From assembly GCA_032128875.1 (NCBI GenBank), contig JAVLKG010000001.1, positions 1,049,453 through 1,113,452 on the forward strand: a stretch of 64,000 nucleotides of DNA. Reading direction: 5' to 3'. Each line of letters opens with the position of its first letter. Position 1 is the first letter of the stretch. The translations under genes were made by a program, and so were the position numbers. Under the pieces are notes generated by a model that was given only the letters and a program-made list of their open reading frames with translations, was not told the origin of the DNA and ran no database searches. The stretch comes from Candidatus Melainabacteria bacterium 17Bon1m. Lineage in GTDB: Bacteria; Cyanobacteriota; Vampirovibrionia; Obscuribacterales; Obscuribacteraceae. Positions 39,307 through 48,652 of the stretch are shown in pieces.

Positions 39307-40932
39307 GTGAGAAATTTTTCGATTTCTTCCAGTTTGTTAAAAATAGTATTTTCAAAGCTGGCTCTGGTAGCGGCTTTTGGGACGGTTGCGCTGACTTCTT
39401 TGACCGGATGTGGAAACACCGGCGCTAGTTACGAGCCTGATACATTCCGCATCAATTTGCAGGCAGAACCCCCGAGTCTCGATTGGCAAACCTCTACCGA
39501 CTCGACTTCTTTCGATGTCGTTTCCAACATCATGACCGGCTTGACTATGTACAACAACGACATGAAGTGCGAGCCGGGCTGTGCTGAGTCTTGGGAAATC
39601 CTGGACGGCGGCAAGCACTATGTTTTCCATTTGAGGAAAAACGCCTTGTGGACTGACGGAAAGCCCGTCACCGCCCACGATTTCGAATACGCGTGGAAAC
39701 GTCTCTTAGATCCTTCAACTGCAGCTTCTTATGCTTTCTTCCTTTATGACATCGAAAACGCTTTTGAATTCAACTCCGGAAAAGTAAAGGATCCTAATTT
39801 GATTGGCGCGAAGGCGCTTGACGACTGGACGTTTTCCGTCAAGCTCAAACGCCCGGCCGCGTATTTCCTTTATTTGACTGCGTTTTGCTCAACATGCCCG
39901 TTGCGAAAAGACATTGTCGACAAATTCGGCGATCGTTGGACGGAGCCTCAAAACATAGTCACCAACGGACCTTTCTCAGTATCGCTCTGGAAGCATGAGT
40001 ACAAAATTGAGTTGACTTCCAATCCGAAATTCTTCGAAGGCGAGCCCCGGCTCAAGAGAATCAAGATGTTCATGATTCCAGAACAAGCCACGGCTTTTGG
40101 ACTCTTCGAGAACAATCAGCTCGATTATGTCGACAATCGAAGCTTCCCGACCGCTGATGTCGAGAGCCTGCGCAGCTCCCCTATGTATCGCAACCTTCCT
40201 TTGCTGCGCTGCAGCTATCTTGGCTTCAACGTCAAAAAGAAGCCCTTTGACGATAAACGTGTTCGCAAAGCGATTTCGATGGCAGTAGATAGAACGCTGT
40301 TTCCAAAAATCCTTCGGCGCGGCGAAGCGCCTGCATTCACTTGGATTCCACCGGCATTGGAAGGATATTCGGAAATTTCCAAAAGCGAATTCAATCCCGA
40401 AGCTGCCAGAAAACTTTTAGCGCAAGCTGGATATCCGAATGGTAAAGGCTTTCCTTTGACCAAAATTCTCTATCCCCAAAGAGAAGACGCCAAGCTGGTT
40501 GTAGAGTCTGTACAAGAACAGATAAAGAAGAATCTAAATGTCAAATTGCAGCTCGAAGTAAACGAGTGGAAGGTCTATCTCGACATTCTGCACCGAGATC
40601 CGCCTCAGATGTTCAGACAGACCTGGGGCGCTGATTATCCAGATCCGGAGACGTTTATGAACGTCTTCACTACTCACAATGGCAACAATTACACGCAATG
40701 GTCGAATGCTCATTATGATGATTTGATCGACAGAGCTGCCGCCGAGCAAGATCAAAAAAAGCGCGCGGCGATGTATGCAGAAGGGGACCAGATGCTCTGT
40801 CAGGACGAGGTTCCTATTGTTCCGCTTTATTGGGCAACGCAAAATACAATGGTCAAACCCTGGGTTAAAGGAATTGGTTTTAACGCAATGGATCTGCAAT
40901 TTTTTAGGAAGGTGTACATAGAAAAGCCGTAG
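39307..40932 (+). CDS. oppA: Oligopeptide ABC transporter substrate-binding lipoprotein
   Basis: Lipobox LTGC, YVFHLRKNALWTDGKPVTAHDFEYAW, WGADYPDP. Confidence 0.92.
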   Translation: MRNFSISSSLLKIVFSKLALVAAFGTVALTSLTGCGNTGASYEPDTFRINLQAEPPSLDWQTSTDSTSFDVVSNIMTGLTMYNNDMKCEPGCAESWEILDGGKHYVFHLRKNALWTDGKPVTAHDFEYAWKRLLDPSTAASYAFFLYDIENAFEFNSGKVKDPNLIGAKALDDWTFSVKLKRPAAYFLYLTAFCSTCPLRKDIVDKFGDRWTEPQNIVTNGPFSVSLWKHEYKIELTSNPKFFEGEPRLKRIKMFMIPEQATAFGLFENNQLDYVDNRSFPTADVESLRSSPMYRNLPLLRCSYLGFNVKKKPFDDKRVRKAISMAVDRTLFPKILRRGEAPAFTWIPPALEGYSEISKSEFNPEAARKLLAQAGYPNGKGFPLTKILYPQREDAKLVVESVQEQIKKNLNVKLQLEVNEWKVYLDILHRDPPQMFRQTWGADYPDPETFMNVFTTHNGNNYTQWSNAHYDDLIDRAAAEQDQKKRAAMYAEGDQMLCQDEVPIVPLYWATQNTMVKPWVKGIGFNAMDLQFFRKVYIEKP

Positions 40933-41031
40933 GGCCGATGGCATTGATCATCGCTGCGAACGCCGGTGGGTCATCCACTTCGAGATATACAAGCCGCCGT
41001 TACAATTAAACCTGGGGAGAGACGACGCCGA

Positions 41032-41952
41032 ATGCTGGCACTGCTAATTAAGAGAATGTTGACTGCCATACCGGTACTGCTGGTAGTGGCGACGCTAACT
41101 TTTTTTCTTATGCGTCTGGTGCCGGGCGGACCTTTTGACGCTGACAAAAACCTGCCACCAGCCATCGTTGCCAACTTGAATGCGAAGTATCAATTGGACA
41201 AACCGGTTGCTCAACAGTACGTTACTTATCTCTCCAGAGTTGTGCGAGGCGATCTAGGTATTAGCTACAAGTATCTAAATAGAACGGTTCGCGACATTCT
41301 CGGTGAAGCGATGCCTGTTTCTATCCAGCTTGGTTTCACAGCCCTTGTCCTTGCTGTTCTCATCGGTGTACCTCTAGGCACAATCGCTGCCGTCAACCGT
41401 GGATCATGGATAGACGTAACAGCCATGTTTCTTTCCACCGCGGGTATTTCTGTTCCGGGCTTTGTCATCGGTGCATTTTTGATCTTCATCTTCGGTGTTT
41501 GGTTGAAAGTCTTGCCCGTTGCGCTTTGGGAAACACCCTGGCACATGGTCTTGCCCTCATTGACTTTGGCCTTCTCCCCGGCAGCATACCTGGCGCGTTT
41601 GACGAGGGCTAGCGTACTTGAAGTTCTGGAAAAAGACTGGGTGCGAACAGCAAGATCGAAAGGACTTTCACGTTGGGCGACGGTGATGAAACATACTTTG
41701 CGCAATGCTTTGGTTCCTGTTGTAACGGTACTTGGTCCTCTGACCGCGATATTGATCACTGGTTCGTTCGTTGTCGAATATCTGTATGCAATCCCTGGCA
41801 TGGGGCGCTTCTTCGTGACGGCGGTTACCAACCGCGACTACGATTTGATTATGGGAACAACTCTGGTTTTTGCAGCGCTTCTGATTGTCACTAATGCGAT
41901 TGTCGATGTCGCTTATCAAATTCTTGATCCACGCATGAAGGTGGAGGGATAA
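41032..41952 (+). CDS. oppB: Oligopeptide ABC transporter permease
   Basis: PGGPFD, GDLGISY, RTARSKGL, HTLRNAL; start placed at ATG 41032. Confidence 0.92.
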   Translation: MLALLIKRMLTAIPVLLVVATLTFFLMRLVPGGPFDADKNLPPAIVANLNAKYQLDKPVAQQYVTYLSRVVRGDLGISYKYLNRTVRDILGEAMPVSIQLGFTALVLAVLIGVPLGTIAAVNRGSWIDVTAMFLSTAGISVPGFVIGAFLIFIFGVWLKVLPVALWETPWHMVLPSLTLAFSPAAYLARLTRASVLEVLEKDWVRTARSKGLSRWATVMKHTLRNALVPVVTVLGPLTAILITGSFVVEYLYAIPGMGRFFVTAVTNRDYDLIMGTTLVFAALLIVTNAIVDVAYQILDPRMKVEG

Positions 41953-42852
41953 ATGACGGCATCTCTGAATGCACCTGCGCCCGAACCTGTAAAAGCCGTC
42001 TCCCGTGTGGAGTTAGCATTCACCCGTTTAAAGAAAATCCCCAGTGCTTACATTGCATTTTGGGTCGTCTGTCTCATTTGTCTGTTGGCGATTTTGTCAG
42101 CTTTTGGTGTTCCACTTTCACCTTATTCGTTCGATCAAGCTACCGATGATTTGCTAGTCGCTCCGTCGCTAAAACACATCATGGGCACCGATGAATTGGG
42201 GCGCGACCTCTTCGCCAGAGTCATCTACGGTTCTCGACTTTCCATTGCAATTGGTTTTGTGACGGCGGGAGTCGCATTTATTTTGGGAACCACATATGGT
42301 GCTATCTCAGGCTACTGTGGAGGCAAGGTCGACACGCTCTTGATGCGTGGCGTTGACATTGCATATTCACTGCCTGACTTGCTTGTAATGATTTTGGTAG
42401 GTGTTCTAGTCGGCAAAGGAACCTTCGGAATTCTCTTTGCGCTTGGACTCGTAAGTTGGATGGGCACTGCTCGTCTGGTACGCGCGCAACTGCTTCAGCT
42501 TAAGGAGGAAGAATTTGTCGAAGCCGCAAGAGCCGCTGGGCAAGATGGTTTTTCCATAGTTATGAAACATTTGCTGCCCAACGCAATGGGGCCGATTATC
42601 GTCGCTCTCACCTTTACAGTTCCTTCTGCCATTTTGTCCGAGTCCACCTTGAGTTTCATAGGTTTGGGTTTGTCGGCACCCGAATGTAGTTGGGGAACTC
42701 TTGCCAGTGACGGCTGGCGCTCGCTGCGCTCTTATCCGCATCTTCTCGGCTTCCCAAGTTTGTTCATCTTTCTCACGGTTCTATCTTTTAACTGCCTGGG
42801 CGACGGACTGCGTGATGTTCTCGATCCCCGCACAAGACTGTTCAAAGGCTAA
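41953..42852 (+). CDS. oppC: Oligopeptide ABC transporter permease
   Basis: GTDELGRDL, EFVEAARAAG, GDGLRDVLDP. Confidence 0.92.
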   Translation: MTASLNAPAPEPVKAVSRVELAFTRLKKIPSAYIAFWVVCLICLLAILSAFGVPLSPYSFDQATDDLLVAPSLKHIMGTDELGRDLFARVIYGSRLSIAIGFVTAGVAFILGTTYGAISGYCGGKVDTLLMRGVDIAYSLPDLLVMILVGVLVGKGTFGILFALGLVSWMGTARLVRAQLLQLKEEEFVEAARAAGQDGFSIVMKHLLPNAMGPIIVALTFTVPSAILSESTLSFIGLGLSAPECSWGTLASDGWRSLRSYPHLLGFPSLFIFLTVLSFNCLGDGLRDVLDPRTRLFKG

Positions 42853-43047
42853 ATATGGTGGGCTTCGCAAGTGCGAAGAGAGATGACTTGTTGAGGGAGT
42901 GGATTCCTAACTCAACATGCCGTATTGCAGCGGGGGCGCGGCTCCGGGGTGAAACTAAGGACAATGGCTAATAATTTGGTTTTTCAGCCATAAATAAAGG
43001 GTACATGGAATAACGTGAGTGTGGATTCAGGGGAGGGTGTGCTCGAA

Positions 43048-43896
43048 ATGACGCGCCACGGCAGACTGCCGAGAATTTTTAGCCGAGCAGCTTTATTGAC
43101 TTTGGCTCTGGTACTGCCTTTTATAGCGTCCGTTGCACCGGCGCAGGCTGATGACAAGGGTTGGGTCCTGACCCAGAAGAGTCTGATGATGGGCGACATG
43201 TATTTATATGTCAGTCCCTCGGGCTTCAAGTTCGTCAATCCCAAAGCTGGAGTCAACTTCGTCACCCGTTCTCCGAACTGGGACGTGATTATGTTCAACG
43301 ACCGCACCAAAGTCTGCTATTCGGCAACCCTGGACACTTTTAAAAAACAGGTCACAGCAAATCTGCCCCAGCGCCGATCGGAGCTGGGCGCTGCCAATTG
43401 GCAAAAAGGCTCCGTGTCCAATATCGCAAATCTAAGAGCCACTCAGTATGTGATGTCGGACGCTGCAGGCGTGCAAGCGCGAGTCGCTGCCAGAAAGGGC
43501 CAGCGCGTGCAGCAGCATCTCAAGGGGGCAGATTATTGGGTGTGCGAGGAGATTCAAGTACCTCCACAGTTGGCTGATTTGATTTCCAGCATGTACGGGT
43601 TGCCTAATACATTGAATGTGCCGCTCCGGTTGAGCGTCACGACCGCCGAGCAGGGCACCAAAATGCAACTTGATACTTATCGCTCTCAAGCGTGTCCAAT
43701 TCCGATATCTTATTATTCGATGCCTAGCGGCTATCGTCCGGTGAAGAGCAGCGTTGAAGTGATGGCTGACGAGGATACCAAGCAAATTATTGATGATATG
43801 GCTAAAGACCTCAGCAATGAAGGCGGAGGGAATAACAACAAGCCGATTACGAATGAAGACCTGGACCGCTTCCTGAATAAGTTCAAGAAGCGCTAA
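43048..43896 (+). CDS. Exported hypothetical protein
   Basis: Signal peptide ending APAQA; beta-rich mature part. Confidence 0.75.
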   Translation: MTRHGRLPRIFSRAALLTLALVLPFIASVAPAQADDKGWVLTQKSLMMGDMYLYVSPSGFKFVNPKAGVNFVTRSPNWDVIMFNDRTKVCYSATLDTFKKQVTANLPQRRSELGAANWQKGSVSNIANLRATQYVMSDAAGVQARVAARKGQRVQQHLKGADYWVCEEIQVPPQLADLISSMYGLPNTLNVPLRLSVTTAEQGTKMQLDTYRSQACPIPISYYSMPSGYRPVKSSVEVMADEDTKQIIDDMAKDLSNEGGGNNNKPITNEDLDRFLNKFKKR

Positions 43897-43911
43897 ACGA
43901 GGAGAAATTTT

Positions 43912-46164
43912 CTGAACCTGCAGCGAGTAAATCTCAAGCTTTCTCACAAGGGACTGATTCTGGTTTCGGTACCTCTGCTGTTTGAGTTGATCTTCTTGCT
44001 CACTCTGACAATGCTCTTGAGGCAGGCGGAAATTGAGGTTCAGCGCCAGATTCGTTCGAAGGCGATCATCTCCCAGGCTAACACTCTCTCGAAACTTTTC
44101 TACGACGCCGGTGTGGCGATGGGTGGATATTCAATCACCAAATCGCCATTGTTCAGCGACCGCTATGACAAGATTGTGCGCCAGATTCCGCAGGATCTTA
44201 ACGAACTGAAGAGCTTGGTTGGCGACAATCCCAGACAGCAAAAGATTCTGGAAAACCTTGCCGATATCACGGTTACCGGTTTGAAAATCCTTGGTGAAGC
44301 AAAAGCGGCGATTGACGACAACCGCGTCGACGTAGCGCAATTCCGCGCCCGGCATATGTACAAGGAAATCCGTTCGCTGGCTGACCGACTGCAAGACGAA
44401 TTGCGCGGATTGACCGAAGACGAACGGAAAATAGAAAGTGAATCGCCCGAAGTTCAAAACAGAAACAGAGCAACAGTAAAGTTATTCCTTGTAGTCGGCG
44501 TAGTCTTCAACATCTTGCTGGCAGTAGCCCTTGCCCTTTTCTTCAGCCGCGGGATCGGCCGCCGTTTGAATGTTCTTACAGACAACTCAATTCGCTTGGC
44601 TCGTGGCGAACCGCTCAATCCGCCGCTTACAGGCGGCGATGAAATCGCTCACTTGGATGGTGTGTTCCACAGCATGGCCGACGCGCTCACTGAAGCATCG
44701 CGTAAAGAGCGCGCCGTTATCGAAAATTCCGCCGACGTAATCTGCTCGATTGACATCGACGGCAAATTCGTAGCCGTCAGCCCTGCATCTATGACGATGT
44801 TCGGCTTCTCGCCAGACGAGCTGATGGGCAAGCGTTTTATCGATTTGATTATCCCTGAGGACGTACAAGAAACCATCAAAGCTGTTCGCGCCATCCGCGC
44901 AGAGCAAGCAACGATGAATTTCGAAAACCGTATCAAACGGAAGGATTCGTCGACAGTTACGGTGTTGTGGTCAGCTTACTGGTCGGAATCAGAGCGTTCG
45001 ATGTTCTGCGTCGCGCACGACATCACAGAGCGGAAATTGGCTGAAGAAGCCACAAAAGCCTCTGAAAAGAGAATCAGAACAATCATCGAAAACATGCTTG
45101 TCGGTTTGATTATCATCAGTCCGGATGGCATCATCGAATCTGTAAACCCGCGCACAGAGCAAATCTTTGGTTTTACATCCAGCCAGATGGTCGGTCGACA
45201 TTTGATGTCGCTGTTCACAGAAGCAAGGCTTTATTCGATGAACAGCCGCGAGGATCTGCAGAAGTTTATGGACAATATGTTCCATAAAGCGCTTAACAGA
45301 GTAGGTGAATTCGACGCGTTAAAACAGACGGGAGAAGACTTCCCGATCGAGCTTTCGCTCTCTGAGTTCAACATGGCAGATGGTCGTTTTTACTTGGCGA
45401 ACATTCTCGACGTTTCTGAAAGACGAGAAGTAGAGCGCTTGAAGAAAGAATTCGTATCTACAGTTTCTCACGAACTGCGTACTCCGCTCACATCCATCCG
45501 TGGTTCTCTCACCCTCCTCAACGTTGGCGCGTTGGGCGCTTTGCCCGATCAAGCCATGAAGGTAGTGAACATTGCGGAAAGAAACACGATTCGTTTGATC
45601 GGCCTTATCAACGACATTCTCGATATCGAAAAACTCGAATCCGGAAAAATGGACATGGTCTTCCAGGATGTTGAACTCAACTCGGTTCTTGATCGTTCGT
45701 ACGAATCGGTGAAGACTTTCGCCGACAACAATGGCGTTGTCCTTGAAATGGTTCCTTCCACCATTCGTGTAAACGCAGACGGAGACCGACTTGTACAGGT
45801 TATCGTCAACTTGATGTCCAACGCCTGCAAATTCTCACCCAAGGGTGCGACCGTCACAGTGCGGGTGGATGAGATTCCAAACTGGATCGAAGTGAAGGTA
45901 ATCGACCGTGGACGTGGTATCCCGGCGAAATTCAAAAACCTTCTTTTCCAGCGATTCCAACAGGTCGAAGCCTCTGACGCCAAGCGAAAAGGTGGTACCG
46001 GTCTCGGTCTTGCCATTTGCAAAGGTATCATCGAGGCACACGGCGGCACAATCGGTGTAGATTCAGAAGAAGGCAAAGGCTCCGTTTTCTGGTTCCGCAT
46101 TCCGCCCGCTCAAGCAGGGTCCAAAGTCGTTGTCCCGGGCGAGAAGGAAAAGATGGTTTCGTAG
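43912..46164 (+). CDS. Sensor histidine kinase (periplasmic helical sensor, HAMP, 2x PAS, HisKA, HATPase)
   Basis: SHELRTPL, NLMSNACKFS, DRGRGI, GGTGLGL; frame open upstream to CTG 43912 behind SD gaggag. Confidence 0.93.
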   Translation: MNLQRVNLKLSHKGLILVSVPLLFELIFLLTLTMLLRQAEIEVQRQIRSKAIISQANTLSKLFYDAGVAMGGYSITKSPLFSDRYDKIVRQIPQDLNELKSLVGDNPRQQKILENLADITVTGLKILGEAKAAIDDNRVDVAQFRARHMYKEIRSLADRLQDELRGLTEDERKIESESPEVQNRNRATVKLFLVVGVVFNILLAVALALFFSRGIGRRLNVLTDNSIRLARGEPLNPPLTGGDEIAHLDGVFHSMADALTEASRKERAVIENSADVICSIDIDGKFVAVSPASMTMFGFSPDELMGKRFIDLIIPEDVQETIKAVRAIRAEQATMNFENRIKRKDSSTVTVLWSAYWSESERSMFCVAHDITERKLAEEATKASEKRIRTIIENMLVGLIIISPDGIIESVNPRTEQIFGFTSSQMVGRHLMSLFTEARLYSMNSREDLQKFMDNMFHKALNRVGEFDALKQTGEDFPIELSLSEFNMADGRFYLANILDVSERREVERLKKEFVSTVSHELRTPLTSIRGSLTLLNVGALGALPDQAMKVVNIAERNTIRLIGLINDILDIEKLESGKMDMVFQDVELNSVLDRSYESVKTFADNNGVVLEMVPSTIRVNADGDRLVQVIVNLMSNACKFSPKGATVTVRVDEIPNWIEVKVIDRGRGIPAKFKNLLFQRFQQVEASDAKRKGGTGLGLAICKGIIEAHGGTIGVDSEEGKGSVFWFRIPPAQAGSKVVVPGEKEKMVS

Positions 46165-46371
46165 AAGCAGGGCTGCGCCAGGGCAGCAGGTCGCTTTTGA
46201 AAGAGCCGGCGAACCGTATGACTTGTCTGCGTTTCCTGAATCTGCATTCTTAAGGACAAAGAGCTCCAAAACCCCGAATCTGTGGGGAATTATGGCGCTC
46301 AAAGTTTTTTGTTAGATCTGCAAAACCGGGTATATGAAAATTGTAGGCACGCGAGCGGGGCTGATATCAGC

Positions 46372-46737
46372 ATGAAAGTTCTCATCATCGATGACGAGGA
46401 AGACACACGCAGTATTGCCGCCATGAGCTTGAACATTCTCGGCGGACTTGATGTTGTGGAAGCGGAAAATGGCAAGGTTGGCGTCGAAAAGGCGGCAGCA
46501 GAGCAGCCTGACTGCATTTTGCTTGATTGCATGATGCCTGTGATGGATGGCGAAAGCACGCTTGCAGAGCTGCTCACCAACGAGCATACCAAAGGCATTC
46601 CGGTGATATTCCTCACCGCGAAAGCTATGACCAGTGAGATTGAGCGCCTAAAACGCTTGGGAGCAATCGGAGTTCTGACTAAGCCGTTTGACCCTACAGC
46701 GCTGGCAGGGCAAGTAAAAGCGCTACTGGGGAGATAA
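46372..46737 (+). CDS. Single-domain response regulator
   Basis: VLIIDDE, LLDCMMPVMDG, FLTAK, KPFD; start placed at ATG 46372. Confidence 0.92.
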   Translation: MKVLIIDDEEDTRSIAAMSLNILGGLDVVEAENGKVGVEKAAAEQPDCILLDCMMPVMDGESTLAELLTNEHTKGIPVIFLTAKAMTSEIERLKRLGAIGVLTKPFDPTALAGQVKALLGR

Positions 46738-46746
46738 GCCGGCTAC

Positions 46747-48405
46747 ATGCAAGAGTGGAAAGAGACATTCGGAGAACTGAAAGAGCAGTATGTCAGGCGC
46801 TCGTCGGAGCGGCTCGGCAAAATTGTCGAGATGGTGAGCCTTCTCATTGAAAACCCCAGCGACATCGAGACCGTCAAACAGTTGACCCGACATTTCCACT
46901 GGCTGGCGGGGTCCGGCACTATGTACGGCTATCCGGCTGTGTCGATGCTCGGCTCTGAAGGTGAATCTCACTGCGAGCAGGTTATACGAGGCACCTTGCC
47001 TCAAGCCGATGTAGACAGATTGAAAGCCCTTCTTCACGAGCTTTCTTTCCAATTCTCAGAACAGGACGCTCCTCCGGATACGGTGACCTTGAGCCCCAGC
47101 GCACCGCCGGAGCAAAAGCGTACTGAAAACGACATTCTTATTGTGGGCGAAGATCAAACCGATCTGCAAAACATGGCGCGCCTTGTCGAGGCGGAAGGCT
47201 ACCCTGTGCGCACAGCGCGCTCGATGTCTACTGCCGTTAACGAAATTCAGGCAGAGCTGCCGATTGGCGTAATCATTGAGATTCCACTGCCGGACGGCGA
47301 TTGCTATGAAATGGTTGAGCAGATTCGCTCCATGAATGGCGGCGACGAGCCGGCGATCATTATATTGTCGAAGCGAACCGGCTTCCTCGATAAAGTCCGC
47401 TCAATTCACTGCGGTGCCGACTCGCACTTTGAAAAGCCTATTGATACAAAGGCAATGTTGCGGCGTCTGCGCTATTTGCTGGATAAGCACAAGAAAGAAG
47501 TCGTCAAAATTTTGTCCGTGGAAGACGATCCAGATCAAGCCGCCTTCATTCGAGCTTTCTTGGAGTCTGCCGGATATCAGGTTCGTACTGTCACTGATCC
47601 AAAACACTTCGAGTCTGCTTTGTCGCAGTTCCAGCCGGATCTCGTCCTCCTTGATGCGATGTTGCCGGGTGTCACCGGTTATGAGTTGGCTCGCTTCATC
47701 AGGCAAGACGAGCGCTATGCCACGTTGCCGGTTCTGTTCCTGACGACGCAGGGACACCTGGAGGCGCGTATCGAATCTGCCAGAGCCGGCGGCGACGACC
47801 ACCTCGTAAAGCCGGTTCCGCCGGCGCTTTTGCTCTCTGCTGTTTCGTCTCGCATCGAACGTTCTCGCTTTCTGAAAACTCTCTTGCACCGCGATGGTTT
47901 GACCAGCATGCTGAATCACTCGGCATTCATGGACCAGGCTCAGCGTGTCATTGCCGAAAGAAAGCGCCGCAACGAACATACAGCACTGATTGTTGTGGAC
48001 GTCGATTATTTCCGGTCGATTAACGAACGCCACGGATACCCAGGCGGAGACAAGGTTCTACAGGCACTTTCGTTGCTCTTGCGCAGGCGTGTCAGGCAGT
48101 CTGACATTCTTGGTCGCATCGGTGGAGATGAGCTAGCTGTCATTGCCGAAGGGCTTGAAGAGACAGAAGCCGTCACTTTGGCGAGCCGATTGATCTCTGA
48201 TTTCCAAGGAATCAGTCACACTACACCATCGCATGTCGGTTTTTATGCCACCTTGAGCGCAGGCGTTTGCATGCTCGATCCGAAAACTATGGATCTCGAA
48301 GGTTGGATGGGCGAGGCGTACAAAGCGCTCAAGCAGGCTAAAGACTCCGGTCGAAATTGCGCCGTAGCTGCACCAAGCAATCGCAATCAGCCCGTAAGCA
48401 AATAG
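46747..48405 (+). CDS. Hpt-REC-REC-GGDEF-like signalling protein
   Basis: FHWLAGSGTMYG (Hpt), degenerate REC1, REC2 LLDAMLPG, RQSD I-site and GGDEL. Confidence 0.88.
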   Translation: MQEWKETFGELKEQYVRRSSERLGKIVEMVSLLIENPSDIETVKQLTRHFHWLAGSGTMYGYPAVSMLGSEGESHCEQVIRGTLPQADVDRLKALLHELSFQFSEQDAPPDTVTLSPSAPPEQKRTENDILIVGEDQTDLQNMARLVEAEGYPVRTARSMSTAVNEIQAELPIGVIIEIPLPDGDCYEMVEQIRSMNGGDEPAIIILSKRTGFLDKVRSIHCGADSHFEKPIDTKAMLRRLRYLLDKHKKEVVKILSVEDDPDQAAFIRAFLESAGYQVRTVTDPKHFESALSQFQPDLVLLDAMLPGVTGYELARFIRQDERYATLPVLFLTTQGHLEARIESARAGGDDHLVKPVPPALLLSAVSSRIERSRFLKTLLHRDGLTSMLNHSAFMDQAQRVIAERKRRNEHTALIVVDVDYFRSINERHGYPGGDKVLQALSLLLRRRVRQSDILGRIGGDELAVIAEGLEETEAVTLASRLISDFQGISHTTPSHVGFYATLSAGVCMLDPKTMDLEGWMGEAYKALKQAKDSGRNCAVAAPSNRNQPVSK

Positions 48406-48436
48406 TTTAGTAAAGTTTGCAATGCCGCTTGCAACC

Positions 48437-48517
48437 AATTGTAGGCTTTGCAGTCCTTCCGGTTCTTGCGGTTCTTTTGGTCCTTGCAGTCTTTTCAGTG
48501 TTTTCGTACTTTGCAAT
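48437..48517. repeat. Degenerate 9-bp tandem repeat (8-9 units)
   Basis: ctttgcagt ccttccggt tcttgcggt tcttttggt ccttgcagt cttttcagt gttttcgta ctttgcaat. Confidence 0.7.
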
Positions 48518-48652
48518 TCTTCTTCCGTTTGAGTAAAACATTCTGGTACTAAATACGGTGCTGCATATTTGTGTTTCGGACTTGGGTTAAACGTGTGAAA
48601 CTTCTGACAAAACCTCGTAGAATATTGCTTTCACTGGCGAAGACGGCAAACT

